A DNA stretch of 64,000 nucleotides from Granulicella sp. GTDB lineage: Bacteria; Acidobacteriota; Terriglobia; Terriglobales; Acidobacteriaceae. Numbering within the stretch: the stretch's first letter is position 1; each line of letters starts with the position of its first letter. The notes beneath the pieces were generated by a model. That model was not told where the DNA came from. It did no database searches and saw only the letters and a list, made by a program, of their open reading frames with translations. Below are positions 48,371 through 61,535 of this stretch, piece after piece. The position numbers were made by a program, and so were the translations under genes. The stretch is from contig DAHWNL010000036.1 of NCBI GenBank assembly GCA_027339965.1, positions 59,691 through 123,690 on the forward strand, written 5' to 3'.

Positions 48371-51300
48371 ATGAGTCAGTTTGGCATGGTTCCGAGGTGT
48401 GTCTTGAGAGCGTTCAAGATCATTGGCATGAGCATGGGGATCGCGGCGGTCTTCTCGCTTCTGGGTTGTGGCAGCGCGGTGGTGGAGTCCATTGCCAATC
48501 CCACCATCAGCGCGGTTCTTCCCCAGTCGATCACGGCAGGATTGAACTCCGCCACGATGAAGGTAACGGGAACCAACTTCACCTCCAGCGCGGTGATCTT
48601 GTGGAATGGTGTCCAGCTAGCGACCTCGCAGGTCGACTCTGGGACGCTCGCCGCCTCGATTCAGGGAAGCAGCATTGCGGTTCCAGGGACGGCTCAAGTT
48701 CAGGTACGGAATGGCTCGACCGGCAAATCGTCGCAGATGGTTCCGGTGTCGATCGTTTCGGCGACAGCCAATGCGTCGCTGCCTTTGGCAATCTCCAGCA
48801 CGACGCTTGCGGCAGGGGTCAATGGAAGCTCCTACTCGGGCCAGCTGGCAGCCACGGGTGGGACCTCCCCCTACAACTGGAGTCTTGTTTCGGGAGCCCT
48901 TCCGGCGGGCCTGCGCCTTGTGGCAACCAGCGGAGTGATCAACGGAGTTCCGGCGGTGAGCGGAACATTTTCCTTCACCGTCAGCGTGAGCGACAGCAGC
49001 CTTCCGGTGCAAACCCAGACAGCCGCAGTTTCTATCACCATTGCCGCTGCTCCGGTGGCCACGTCTCCGCTCGCCGTTACCAGCAGCGCGCTGGCAGCGG
49101 GTGCCAGCGGCGCGGCCTACACGGCGACGCTGGCAGCCACGGGCGGGACCTCCCCCTACACCTGGACGCTGGCCTCGGGCACGCTGCCTGCCGGACTGAC
49201 GCTCTCCACCGGTGGGGTGATCTCTGGCACGCCCACGGCGAGCGGAACCTCCAGCTTTACGGTCAGCGTGCATGACAGCGGCAGCCCGCAACAGAAGCAG
49301 TCGGTGACGCTCTCGATCACGGTTACGGCCAGCAAGCTCTCGATTGCCACCGCCTCATTGACTGCGGGAACAGTCAATGCGAGCTATGCGGCAACGCTGG
49401 CGGCCACGGGCGGAACCTCCCCCTACGCGTGGACGCTGGCGTCGGGAACTCTGCCTGCCGGACTGACGCTCTCCACCGGCGGGGTGATCTCCGGAACGCC
49501 GACGGCGAGCGGGACGTCGAGCTTGACGGTTCGCGTGACAGATAGCAGCAGCCCGGAGCAGACCGCCTCGATGGCTCTCACCTTGACCGTCGCGCCCCCG
49601 GCGCTCAGCATCACCTCCTCCACTCTTGTCACTGGAACCACGAACACGGCTTACACGGCGACTCTGACGGCCACGGGAGGCGCTGCCCCGTATACGTACA
49701 GCTGGTCAATCAGCTCCGGGAAGCTACCGGCTGGGTTGACGCTGTCTGCGTCGACGGGAGTGATCTCCGGCACGCCGACTGCGGACGGAACGTCCAATTT
49801 TACGGTCAACGTAACGGATAGCAGCAGCCCGGCCCAGACCGCATCCGCCGCAGTTTCGATCACGATTGATCCGGAGACTGCTTCACCTGGAACCACATGG
49901 TTCATTCGACCGGATGGCGGGACGCGCTACAGCGGCAACGTGCCTACGGGACAGTGCAACGGCAAGGCCGACCAGGCTTACCCCGGTACCGGCGTCAACC
50001 AGAACTGCGCGTTCAACGACGTCCGCTATCTATGGTCGGATAACTCCGGAGCCCCCAACGCCTGGGTGATCAGCGGAGGCGACACGGTTGTGATTCGCGG
50101 TTGCACCGCGCTCGGCTCGCAGATGAATCCGTCGAACCCGGACTGCCGGCTGGGTTATGACAACAACAACAATGGCAACCCGCCGAACTCCTGGTGCGGC
50201 TACGGCAACCCAAATTCGATGTGCTTCAATCCGCCCATTCCTGCCGGTACCGCCGCGCAGCCCACCAGAATCCTAGGCCAGTGTGCCTATGGAACGTACT
50301 CCTGCACACCGATCAACAACAACTACCCGTATGGGAAGACCAACGAGACACAACTTTATGGTGGCTTTGGTCTGGCCTGGACCTTCAATCTGGAATCAAC
50401 CAGCTACGTTGAGATCGAGGGCATCGAACTGACCACCCATAACGGCGCCTGCCAGTTAGGAGCGGGTATACCTGCCTTTACGAGAACATGCTCGACCAGC
50501 ATTCCATATGACGACTTTGCGCAAAACGGCTTTTTGACCAATAACACCACCTCCAACATCACCTTTCAGGATGTGTATGTCCACGGCTTCAACTCGTCCG
50601 GATTGTATGGGCCGATCGGCGGGCCGATTACCATGACTCGCATGTTTGTCGGATTCAACGCCTTTGCCGGTTGGATGTTCGACGACGGGAACGCCACGCC
50701 GGACGGGCCAGGGTCAAGCATCACCGCCAACTATGTGACGATGATCTTCAACGGCTGCTATGAGCAGTATCCCATTACGGCGACCTATCCCGCGATGGTG
50801 TGCTACGACGCGGAATCCGGTGGATTTGGCGATAGCTGGAGCGGTCAGGGCTCCGGCAGCGGGGGCCAGATCAGCGAACTTTCGTCCTTCTACTGCAACC
50901 ACTGCGTGGACGACTACAACACGAAGGATGGATTCATCGGGCCGCATATCGACATCCCGAACCTGACGATCATCAACTCGGTCGCCATCGGGAACATGGG
51001 ATCGAACTGGAAGTGGGGTGGAGACGACACCGTGCCCAACAACACGACCTTCGAAAACAATCTGACCGTGAACAACTGTCAGCGAATGGATTCGCCGATG
51101 ACCGGAGTCCCATCCACGTATAACAAGTACCTCACCGACTTCTGCCGTGCCGGCGGCGACGGAATGGCCAGCGTCATCCCCATCCACTCGACGTGGAACC
51201 TGGTCAACAACACATTCATCAGCGCGGATGTCATTGCGCTTTACGTCGCTTGCGCCGGCACAGACACCAACTGTCCGGCTACGATCAACTCCAAGAACAA

Positions 51301-51742
51301 CGTGTTTCTTGGTTACGCGGATCCCAATACGGTCTACGGCGTGCTAGGCCCTCCTTCGGTCTATTATTTTTCTGCAGGGGACAACGGAGATGCAGCGGAG
51401 ACAGGAATCACGCTCAATGTGTCGAACAACATCGAGTATGGGATGAGCAACGGAAGCTGCAGCGGTGAGCCGTACCCTGGGACAAGCGGGAGCAAGCTCT
51501 GCGAAGATCCTCTGCTCTACGACGAGCCATCGCAAACCATCTCAGGGGATTGGCAGGAATCTGATCTTGATGTGTTCAACCCGTTTGTGGCGAATAACTC
51601 CTTCTATCCTTCCGCGGGCAGTCCGATACTCGGCGCGGGCCTAGCCGGCGGAGTGGCGCCCGCGACCGATTACTACGGCGTACCATACACCGATCCGCCG
51701 AATATGGGCGGCGTGGCTTCAACAGGTGCGGGGGCGCCATAG
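48371..51742 (+). CDS. Large lipoprotein: IPT/TIG-like domain, four putative Ig (He_PIG) repeats, and a Cys-rich right-handed beta-helix domain
   Basis: Lipobox SLLGC. Four repeats of ATGG.xPY.W....G.LPAGL.L...GVISG.P...GT..FTV.V.DS. Then GGDTVVIRGC, AGTAAQPTRI, YVEIEGIEL, NITFQDVYVHG and a tail SPILGAG...DYYG...PNMGG. Confidence 0.8.
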   Translation: MSQFGMVPRCVLRAFKIIGMSMGIAAVFSLLGCGSAVVESIANPTISAVLPQSITAGLNSATMKVTGTNFTSSAVILWNGVQLATSQVDSGTLAASIQGSSIAVPGTAQVQVRNGSTGKSSQMVPVSIVSATANASLPLAISSTTLAAGVNGSSYSGQLAATGGTSPYNWSLVSGALPAGLRLVATSGVINGVPAVSGTFSFTVSVSDSSLPVQTQTAAVSITIAAAPVATSPLAVTSSALAAGASGAAYTATLAATGGTSPYTWTLASGTLPAGLTLSTGGVISGTPTASGTSSFTVSVHDSGSPQQKQSVTLSITVTASKLSIATASLTAGTVNASYAATLAATGGTSPYAWTLASGTLPAGLTLSTGGVISGTPTASGTSSLTVRVTDSSSPEQTASMALTLTVAPPALSITSSTLVTGTTNTAYTATLTATGGAAPYTYSWSISSGKLPAGLTLSASTGVISGTPTADGTSNFTVNVTDSSSPAQTASAAVSITIDPETASPGTTWFIRPDGGTRYSGNVPTGQCNGKADQAYPGTGVNQNCAFNDVRYLWSDNSGAPNAWVISGGDTVVIRGCTALGSQMNPSNPDCRLGYDNNNNGNPPNSWCGYGNPNSMCFNPPIPAGTAAQPTRILGQCAYGTYSCTPINNNYPYGKTNETQLYGGFGLAWTFNLESTSYVEIEGIELTTHNGACQLGAGIPAFTRTCSTSIPYDDFAQNGFLTNNTTSNITFQDVYVHGFNSSGLYGPIGGPITMTRMFVGFNAFAGWMFDDGNATPDGPGSSITANYVTMIFNGCYEQYPITATYPAMVCYDAESGGFGDSWSGQGSGSGGQISELSSFYCNHCVDDYNTKDGFIGPHIDIPNLTIINSVAIGNMGSNWKWGGDDTVPNNTTFENNLTVNNCQRMDSPMTGVPSTYNKYLTDFCRAGGDGMASVIPIHSTWNLVNNTFISADVIALYVACAGTDTNCPATINSKNNVFLGYADPNTVYGVLGPPSVYYFSAGDNGDAAETGITLNVSNNIEYGMSNGSCSGEPYPGTSGSKLCEDPLLYDEPSQTISGDWQESDLDVFNPFVANNSFYPSAGSPILGAGLAGGVAPATDYYGVPYTDPPNMGGVASTGAGAP

Positions 51743-51945
51743 AGCATTGCTTTGCGGATCGAGACGACGGCTGGCGAGTCGCAGCTCCCAACCTTGGGCA
51801 AAGATCCTTCCACTTTTCCGTAAGCGAACTCCTCGGAAGACGAAGATTCTGGCCTTTGGGGGTATTTTCTCACCGACGCTATAAAATGATCCAAGTATCC
51901 GGCGCCTGCAGACGCTGGAGGAGGCGAGGCCAGATCGAGGGCAAC

Positions 51946-52785
51946 GTGGAGGATCCGTCACAGTTCGGCAAAGGCAACTGGACAGGGTTCCCGGTTCCGC
52001 TCGATAAGGTCCGTGAAGCTGCGGCCGAATGGAGTTTGATGCTTGCGGGCATCGATCGACCGTGGCTGTGCTGGAATGTGAGCGATCGATGGTGCGCGCT
52101 CCAGCAGCGGCTGATTCAGGAGGTGGGCTGGACGCCGGTCATCGGGTTCGATCCTCGCTGCGGCTCGCCGAGGACGGTGCTTCCCGGCTCCATAGTGATC
52201 GACTTCAATGCCCGGTTCGGCTTTCCGATCATGTGGCCGCACTTTCCGCTGGAGTTTGCGTTCCTGTTTGCAGACCGGCTGGCCTTCTGGCATGCGGATC
52301 TTTTATGCCGCATGGAGACGATGCGGCGGTTGAAGGGCGTATTCGAAGGGCTGGAAGACGGGGCCATGGCAGCGGTCCCCGATCTTGGCAGCCGCAGATA
52401 CATCTACCGGTTCCGTCACCATCGCTACTGGGAGCTGGCGGGCTGCACGACGCGCGGCGCCAGCCGATCTCAGTTCGAGCAGGGGGCCGGGTGGTGGCGC
52501 TCCTTTGTGGATCATCCCAACTGCCCCGATGAAAAGGAGCGCCGCCGCCGCGCCAAGTACTATTATGACTCTGGTGTCGGCATCATGTATTGGAAGCGGC
52601 GTCTGGGGGGCCGAGTCGTGGATATTCCTCAAAGATGGGTAGCGGAGGGTCACTGCACCTCCATCAACAGGAAGAACTATCGTCAGGTTCAGCCCGGCGG
52701 ACAAAGGAATCTTTCCGCGGAGATCGATCTCAACTTCGATATAGCGGAGGTGGCAACGGAGTTAGGGATAGATCGCCTGCTGTAG
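51946..52785 (+). CDS. Cytoplasmic protein of unknown function, possibly GT-A-fold glycosyltransferase-like
   Basis: Intact ORF with no signal peptide; GAGG RBS before GTG 51946; LAFWHADLL, YYDSGVG and EGHCTS appear in GT-A motif order. Confidence 0.6.
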   Translation: MEDPSQFGKGNWTGFPVPLDKVREAAAEWSLMLAGIDRPWLCWNVSDRWCALQQRLIQEVGWTPVIGFDPRCGSPRTVLPGSIVIDFNARFGFPIMWPHFPLEFAFLFADRLAFWHADLLCRMETMRRLKGVFEGLEDGAMAAVPDLGSRRYIYRFRHHRYWELAGCTTRGASRSQFEQGAGWWRSFVDHPNCPDEKERRRRAKYYYDSGVGIMYWKRRLGGRVVDIPQRWVAEGHCTSINRKNYRQVQPGGQRNLSAEIDLNFDIAEVATELGIDRLL

Positions 52786-52827
52786 CGCTTCCGGTGGAAC
52801 GAAAAGCAAGCGGAGGGAACGATTGTC

Positions 52828-54645
52828 ATGAGAGTTCGCCGAAACAGAGTTAAGCCGGTTCGTCAGATGACGGTCATCCGAGTCCTCGGATTTTTGCTGA
52901 TCTTCCTGGTTGTCCGTCCACTCTCCGCAGAGACCTGGTTCGTCCGCCGTGACGGGGGCACACGCTACTCGGCGAACGTCCATAGCGGGCAGTGCGACGG
53001 AAAGGCGGATGCGCCCTATCCCGGGAGAGGCAGCAACCGGCACTGTGCCTTCTCCAGCGTGCAGTATCTCTACCTCGACGGGACCTATGGAGTCTCGAAG
53101 TGGGTGATTGCCGGGGGAGATACGGTAGTGATTCGAGGCTGCGCCGCGTTGCCAGGGGAGCAGAACGCAGCTCCGCCGGACTGCCGAATCGGTTATGGCA
53201 ACGCCATGAACAAGGCAGGCATTTGCTTCGGGGTCGAGAACTGCAGTATTCCACCGCCACCGTCGGGTACGGCCGCGCATCCCACCAAGATTCTTGGAGG
53301 TTGTGCGTACGGAACTTATACCTGCAACCCGGTAATTGGCTATCCGTACACGAAAGACAATCTGGCGCAGATCTATGGCGGCTTTGGTTTGGGCGAGGTG
53401 CTGGATCTCTCCGGGAGCCGGTACGTCGACATTGAAGGGCTGGAGATCACGTCGCATAACGGCAAGTGCACCAGGCTGGGTATTCCGCCGTATCCTACGG
53501 GATGTTATGCAGGATTTCCATGGAGCGATTACAGCAACGACGGGATCAACTTTAGCAATGCATCCTCTAATATTCTTCTCCAGGACGTTTACATCCACGG
53601 TTTTACCGGTCAGGGCATATACGGTCCGATAGGCGGCCCGGTGGCGCTGAACCGCGTCTCGATTGACTTCAACGCCTTTGCGGGATGGAACTTCGACGAT
53701 GGCCACTCCACTCCCGATGCTCCCGGTTCTACGATCACCGCCAGCTTTGTGAGGATGGAAGGGAATGGATGCCTGGAAGAGTACCCGATCGTCCACAAGC
53801 AATTTCCAGCCTTGAGGTGCTGGGACTCCGATGATGGCGGTTTCGGTGACTCCTGGAGTGGGCAGGGCACGAACCTTGACTCTTTCATCTGCGACCACTG
53901 CGTGATGGCCTACAACACCAAGGATGGCTTCATCGGTCCCCACACGATGATCCATTATCTGAAGATCACCAACTCCGAGTCCTACGGCAACATGGGTCAA
54001 CAGTGGAAGTGGGGAAATCAGCCGGGCGGAACTACGATCTTTGAAAACAACCTGACGGTGGGAAACTGTCATCGCATGGCGGAGCCAATTCCGGGGGCGA
54101 ACCCTGGCTTCAATCAGAAGTTGAGCCTGTTTTGCCGGGCGGCAGGGGATATCTTCAGCTTCTATGGCGCGGCCAACGGCACGGTGCTGTTCACGGATAA
54201 CACGACCGTAGGCTACTCCGATACCACCTTCGATCTGAATTGTCAGAGCCCGAATGCATGCGGTTCGGCCAAGTTCCTCTTCCGCGATAACATTGTGCTC
54301 GGTTTGCTTAACCCACGCTATCGGACGGGCGAGGTTCCTGGCCTCTTTTATCTTGGCGATCATTCTGTCAACGTCTCGACAGACCACGATCTGTTCTTTG
54401 ATCTGCGCAGCAAGCCTTGCCCGTACTTTGGCCATACGGACCTTATCTGTACCTCGCCGGAGTTGGTGAACCAGCCACCGTTGACGATGAGCAGCGAGTC
54501 GGAGTTGGACCACTTCAACTTTCATCCCCTGGTGGGCAGCCCGGCTGTGGGGCATGGCGTGCCCGTCAGCGGGGTGACGAAGGACTATTTCGGGGTGACG
54601 CGTCCGAATCCTCCGACCATTGGCGCGGCTGAGCCACAGAGATAG
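52828..54645 (+). CDS. Secreted Cys-rich beta-helix protein, stand-alone paralogue of the C-terminal domain of 48371-51742
   Basis: Signal peptide (..LLIFLVVRPLSA|ETWF). Collinear with the lipoprotein domain: TWFVRRDGGTRYS, GQCDGKAD, GGDTVVIRGC, YGPIGGP, FNAFAGW, GGFGDSWSGQG, YNTKDGFIGPH, GNMG..WKWG, FENNLTV. Confidence 0.85.
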   Translation: MRVRRNRVKPVRQMTVIRVLGFLLIFLVVRPLSAETWFVRRDGGTRYSANVHSGQCDGKADAPYPGRGSNRHCAFSSVQYLYLDGTYGVSKWVIAGGDTVVIRGCAALPGEQNAAPPDCRIGYGNAMNKAGICFGVENCSIPPPPSGTAAHPTKILGGCAYGTYTCNPVIGYPYTKDNLAQIYGGFGLGEVLDLSGSRYVDIEGLEITSHNGKCTRLGIPPYPTGCYAGFPWSDYSNDGINFSNASSNILLQDVYIHGFTGQGIYGPIGGPVALNRVSIDFNAFAGWNFDDGHSTPDAPGSTITASFVRMEGNGCLEEYPIVHKQFPALRCWDSDDGGFGDSWSGQGTNLDSFICDHCVMAYNTKDGFIGPHTMIHYLKITNSESYGNMGQQWKWGNQPGGTTIFENNLTVGNCHRMAEPIPGANPGFNQKLSLFCRAAGDIFSFYGAANGTVLFTDNTTVGYSDTTFDLNCQSPNACGSAKFLFRDNIVLGLLNPRYRTGEVPGLFYLGDHSVNVSTDHDLFFDLRSKPCPYFGHTDLICTSPELVNQPPLTMSSESELDHFNFHPLVGSPAVGHGVPVSGVTKDYFGVTRPNPPTIGAAEPQR

Positions 54646-54744
54646 GAGTCTGCCGGGCAGGCAAAGGGCGGACGTGCCCGGCCAGGGGCAGACGCGTCCG
54701 CTGGAGCGGATGCTGCAAAGTGGAAGGGTGGAAAGGAAGAGAAA

Positions 54745-54821
54745 TGGTCGGGACGACTAGATTCGAACTAGCGACCTCACCCACCCCAAGGGTGCGCTCT
54801 ACCAGGCTGAGCCACGTCCCG
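54745..54821 (-). tRNA. tRNA-Pro(GGG)
   Basis: CGGGACGTGGCTCAGCCTGGTAGAGCGCACCCTTGGGGTGGGTGAGGTCGCTAGTTCGAATCTAGTCGTCCCGACCA: 77 nt, anticodon loop TT-GGG-GT, T-loop TTCGAAT, encoded CCA. Confidence 0.97.
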
Positions 54822-54977
54822 ACTTGTTGCATGGGCCACTCGCACCAGAGGGAACGAGCAGCCGGGGTACTCTGAGTTTACACCACTCCAACCATAGAGA
54901 CTGGCGGCTGCGCGGCTTTTGTCGGGATCGTCCCTCTTAGCCGTTTTCTTGCCTCGAAGGCGGCCACCGCAACGCCC

Positions 54978-57639
<2,662 letters not shown>

Positions 57640-57719
57640 CCGTCTTTTATTCAACGCGCGGAGCGGAATGGATTAAGCTGAACGCGGATGCGGGTGGGTT
57701 GACGCGAACGGGAGAGTGT

Positions 57720-58487
57720 GTGAGTCAGGTAGTCTTCGTCCTGGAAGATGAAGCAGACATACGGCGGCTGGTGCAGTTCCAGTTGGAAGGGGCCGGATAC
57801 ACCGTGAGGGCATATTCGACGGTCGGAAGCATCGTTCAGGACGCGGAACGGCAGCGGCCTGACTTGTTCCTGCTGGACATCATGGTGCCCGGTGGCGACG
57901 GACTGGACCTATGCCGCAGGCTGCGGCAGAACTCTGTCCTGGCCAGCGTGCCGATCATCTTTTTGACCGCCCGGGCGGCGGAGAATGACCGTGTTCATGG
58001 CCTGGAGCTGGGTGCCGATGACTATATTACAAAGCCCTTTGCGATGCGCGAACTGTTGGCCCGGGTGAAGGCCGTGCTAAGGCGTTTTGAACGGCCTGCG
58101 GAGGGTGCCGGCCCGCCGCCGGTGCTCACCATCGACACGCTTGAAATAGATGGCAACTCCATGCAGTTGCGAGTCAACCAGCAACTGGTGACGACCACGG
58201 CCACCGAGTTCCGGTTGCTGGATTACCTGGCGCGCCATCCGGGAAGAGTCTTCAGCCGCGACCATTTGCTGGATGCGGTGTGGGGCGATGCGCGCTTCGT
58301 GACCCCGCGCAGCGTGGATGTTTACGTCCGCCGCATCCGGGAGAAGATTGAGGTGGATCCGGAGACGCCGCGGTTTTTGAAGACGATGCGCGGGGCCGGC
58401 TACCGGTTTGATCTTCCCCGCGCGAAAGGTTCACCTGCGAGCGCAGGCGCGGGGAGCGGTCCGTTGGGTGATGCGACGACCGAGTAG
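57720..58487 (+). CDS. phoB: OmpR/PhoB-family response regulator, probably PhoB-like
   Basis: LEDE, LLDIMVP, GADDYITKPF and wHTH RSVDVYVRRIREKIE...TMRGAGYRF; a PhoR-like kinase lies downstream. Confidence 0.8.
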   Translation: MSQVVFVLEDEADIRRLVQFQLEGAGYTVRAYSTVGSIVQDAERQRPDLFLLDIMVPGGDGLDLCRRLRQNSVLASVPIIFLTARAAENDRVHGLELGADDYITKPFAMRELLARVKAVLRRFERPAEGAGPPPVLTIDTLEIDGNSMQLRVNQQLVTTTATEFRLLDYLARHPGRVFSRDHLLDAVWGDARFVTPRSVDVYVRRIREKIEVDPETPRFLKTMRGAGYRFDLPRAKGSPASAGAGSGPLGDATTE

Positions 58488-58782
58488 AACTTGTTGACTC
58501 GGGATGGCTGCGGGTCCGGTGGCTGCGGGTCCGGCTGCGTGTGGATCAAGAGCGATGATGCGCTGGGCCGGAGGTGATTGAGCAGCGTCGATGTCGGCTA
58601 GTCGAGGCGGGCCAAAGGTCAACGGCTCGGTGGAGGAAGAAGATCGAGCCGCTGGCCGCTCCCCGAGGCGCTGGCCCGGAGTTGCGTGCCTGCAGAGCCC
58701 GAGTTGTGTTGTTCAGCCGTAGCGGCGTCGCCGGAGTTTTCCAGGGATGATGGAGGAGCGGAGGGCGTCGCCGTTCGCCTCT

Positions 58783-59487
58783 TCAATCTTGTGCTTCGGG
58801 TGCGCCTGTGGAGGCGGCAGGCAGGGGAGTGAAGATGGTATTGGGCGAGCGCGGGATGTGTTGGGCGCTATAGTTGAATTCGCCAAGGAACAGCGCCACT
58901 TCGGGCGATTGTCCCTCGACGATGAGGACGGGGCGGTCTGAGGCGAGGATGGAACGTATCCCTTTCAGGACCTCGAGTTCGTGTCCCTCCACATCGATTT
59001 TGCACAGCGAATTTTTTTTGAGAGCCGAAAGCAATCCAGGGGCATCGCCAGGAGGGGCCCTGGGAGGCGTCCGGCACCAGTCGCGCTTCATAAAGATTTT
59101 CCGATCCAGCGTCGAATTTCGGCCAGACCATGCCCCAGATTCCGATGTCGTTGGACAGGCCGGCGTTGAAGACCGAGACATTCGAGGCGCGAGCGCACAC
59201 CAGATTGGAGAGCACGAGCGAGGCGGTGCGCACGACGGGCTCGAAGGTTATCACTCGGCCCTGATTGCCGACGAGGCCGACATTTTGACGGAGTAATGCC
59301 CGACGTTCGCGCCGACGTCCACTACCCAATCGCCGTGGGAGATCCACTCTTCGAGCATGGCGTACTCGGGCTCTGCCGTTGCGAAAGCATGGTTCCTGAT
59401 CTGACGCGCGAAGTGCCAGCGCTTCAGTTCATCCTGCACGGAGTTCGGTAGCTTTGCTGCGAGACGCTTGAAGATTTGAATCACCAT
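58783..59487 (-). pseudogene. FkbM-family methyltransferase with two frameshifts
   Basis: Three overlapping ORFs in different frames carry VVDVGANVGHYS, then RVITFEPV...VFNAGLS, then KIDVEGHELEVLKG...RPVLIVE. Confidence 0.8.
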
Positions 59488-60089
59488 ATTTGCTTGGAAA
59501 GGTGCGTCTGATCGTCAAGGCTTTGGACCCTGACCGCGTGCGGTTCAGAGCCGACCGTGAATCTCTGCAACTGCGGCTTTGCAGACTGGTAGCGAACGCG
59601 ATTTCTAGAGGCTATCACGTTCGATCGGCGTGGAGCGGGCTTGCGCGACCTGTGTGGATCGACTGCGGGGTTCATGGAACGGGATCGGATCGGGAGCGCG
59701 GTTGGGGCATTTAGCGGCTGTCAACCTGGCCTTCGAATCGGAAGCAAAAGGGGTGACGCGGCGGGGGGGGTGTCGCCTGATGCCTGCATTGCAAAGCCGG
59801 GCCGGGAGGCCCGCGGGTCTCACGAAGCATGGGATGGGGCATTACGGGTTCCAGGATTTTGCTCCAGGTCGAATTGCGCAGGATTGCGCAGGATTGTGCA
59901 TGGAGCCGCGGTGAAGGTGGTGGGGAGAACGATTGCAGGATTGAGGGGCCTTCCACATTTGTCCGCTGGCCGCGCTCGCCCTCCGCGCTCGCCGCAGGAG
60001 AGCCTGCCAGGGGCCCGGCGATACCTTGCCCATGCCTTGGCTGATGGTGCATATTGCACAGACTACCGGACAGCTTCTAGTCTTCTGCC

Positions 60090-61535
60090 ATGGAATCATG
60101 GTTGCGAAAGAGCCTGTACTTCGCCTTGCTCTGGCGGATGGTGGTGGGCGTGGGGTTTGCCGTGGCCGTCGCCTTGCTGCTCCCGGTGCGTTGGGTGGAC
60201 GTCTGCGTGGGGCTGCTGGCGGCGCTGTGGATGGCCTCCCGGGCCACCAGCCGGGTGACACAGATTCTCGAAGAGGTTGGGCCCGCAGTGGCCAATGTGG
60301 CGGATCAGGAGAGGCCGTTGCCGGAGGCTCCGGTGCGACAGATGGAGCCGCTGATGCGCGCACTGCAGGCCTCCAGGCAACAGGTGGCGCGCACTCTGGA
60401 GGCCAACTCAGAGACTCGCAGGAAGCTGGAGGCGCTGCTAGACTCGATGCAGGACGCTGTGACCAGCGTGGACCGCGCTGGCCGGATTGTGTGGGCCAAC
60501 GTCGCCATGCAGCGGCTGATGGAGCAGGCTTCGGGCAGCGTGCGCGCGGGCCGCTCCCTGGTGCAGACGATTCGTTCGCCGCAGGTGTTGGAGTGCGTGA
60601 AGGAGGCGCTGGAGCACCGGTCCTATGTCGAGGTCCGTCCGGTGCCCATGCCCATGGGAAGAACCTATGCTGTCAGCGCCGCACCCATGCCGGAGGGCGG
60701 GGCCGTGGTGGTGATGCAGGATATTACCCAGGTGGAGCAGGTGGAACGCACCCAGCGCGAGTTTGTGGCTAATGTGAGCCATGAGCTGCGCACCCCTTTG
60801 ACTTCCATCTCCGGCTATGTGGAGACGCTGCTGGAGGATAGGCGAACCGCGCCATCCCTGAACCCGCTGGTGCGAGAGTTTCTGGAGGCGATCCACAAGA
60901 GCGCCAGGCGGATGAGCCGGTTGACGGACGACTTGCTGGCCATGGCGCGGGTGGATTCCGGCGAACAGAAGGTGCGGCCGCAGCCAGTGGATGTGGCTAT
61001 GGTGATGCGCGAGGCGCAGAGTGCCGTAGCCGCGCTGACTCGGGAGCGGCACGGGGTGCTGGAGGTGACGGAGTTCCCGGAGCTGGAGGTGGTCGCCGAC
61101 CTGGACGCCATTGTGCAGGTATTGAGCAATTTGATTGAGAATGCTCTGAATTATGGGGTGAGCCCCGGAGCGGCGCAGGCGCTGGGCCAGGCCGGCACGG
61201 ATGAATCCGTTGCCGGGCAGATGCCGCCAGGAGCAAGAGTGGTCTTGAGCGCGCAGGCAATGCCTGAGAGCGGGGAGGTGAGATTCTGCGTGCAGGATTT
61301 TGGCGCTGGGATCGCCTCAGAGCATCTGGACCGGCTGTTTGAGAGGTTCTACCGAGTGGATAAGACGCGCTCGCGGGAGTCTGGCGGCACGGGTTTGGGG
61401 CTGGCGATCGCCAAGCATCTGGTTGAGGCGCACCGGGGGAAGATCTGGGTGGAGAGCGAGTTGGGGCGGGGGAGCCGGTTCTGCTTTACATTGCCGTGCC
61501 CGTCTCGGCTTCCTGCGGAATATGCCGCTTCCTGA
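60090..61535 (+). CDS. phoR: PhoR-like sensor histidine kinase (TM, PAS, HisKA, HATPase)
   Basis: [34 protein letters not shown] and [25 protein letters not shown]. Confidence 0.85.
   Translation: MESWLRKSLYFALLWRMVVGVGFAVAVALLLPVRWVDVCVGLLAALWMASRATSRVTQILEEVGPAVANVADQERPLPEAPVRQMEPLMRALQASRQQVARTLEANSETRRKLEALLDSMQDAVTSVDRAGRIVWANVAMQRLMEQASGSVRAGRSLVQTIRSPQVLECVKEALEHRSYVEVRPVPMPMGRTYAVSAAPMPEGGAVVVMQDITQVEQVERTQREFVANVSHELRTPLTSISGYVETLLEDRRTAPSLNPLVREFLEAIHKSARRMSRLTDDLLAMARVDSGEQKVRPQPVDVAMVMREAQSAVAALTRERHGVLEVTEFPELEVVADLDAIVQVLSNLIENALNYGVSPGAAQALGQAGTDESVAGQMPPGARVVLSAQAMPESGEVRFCVQDFGAGIASEHLDRLFERFYRVDKTRSRESGGTGLGLAIAKHLVEAHRGKIWVESELGRGSRFCFTLPCPSRLPAEYAAS

Noticed and set aside
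47337..54821. Integrative element or prophage inserted at tRNA-Pro
   Set aside because: No integrase and no duplicate of the tRNA 3' end found on the left side; only proximity to the tRNA supports it.
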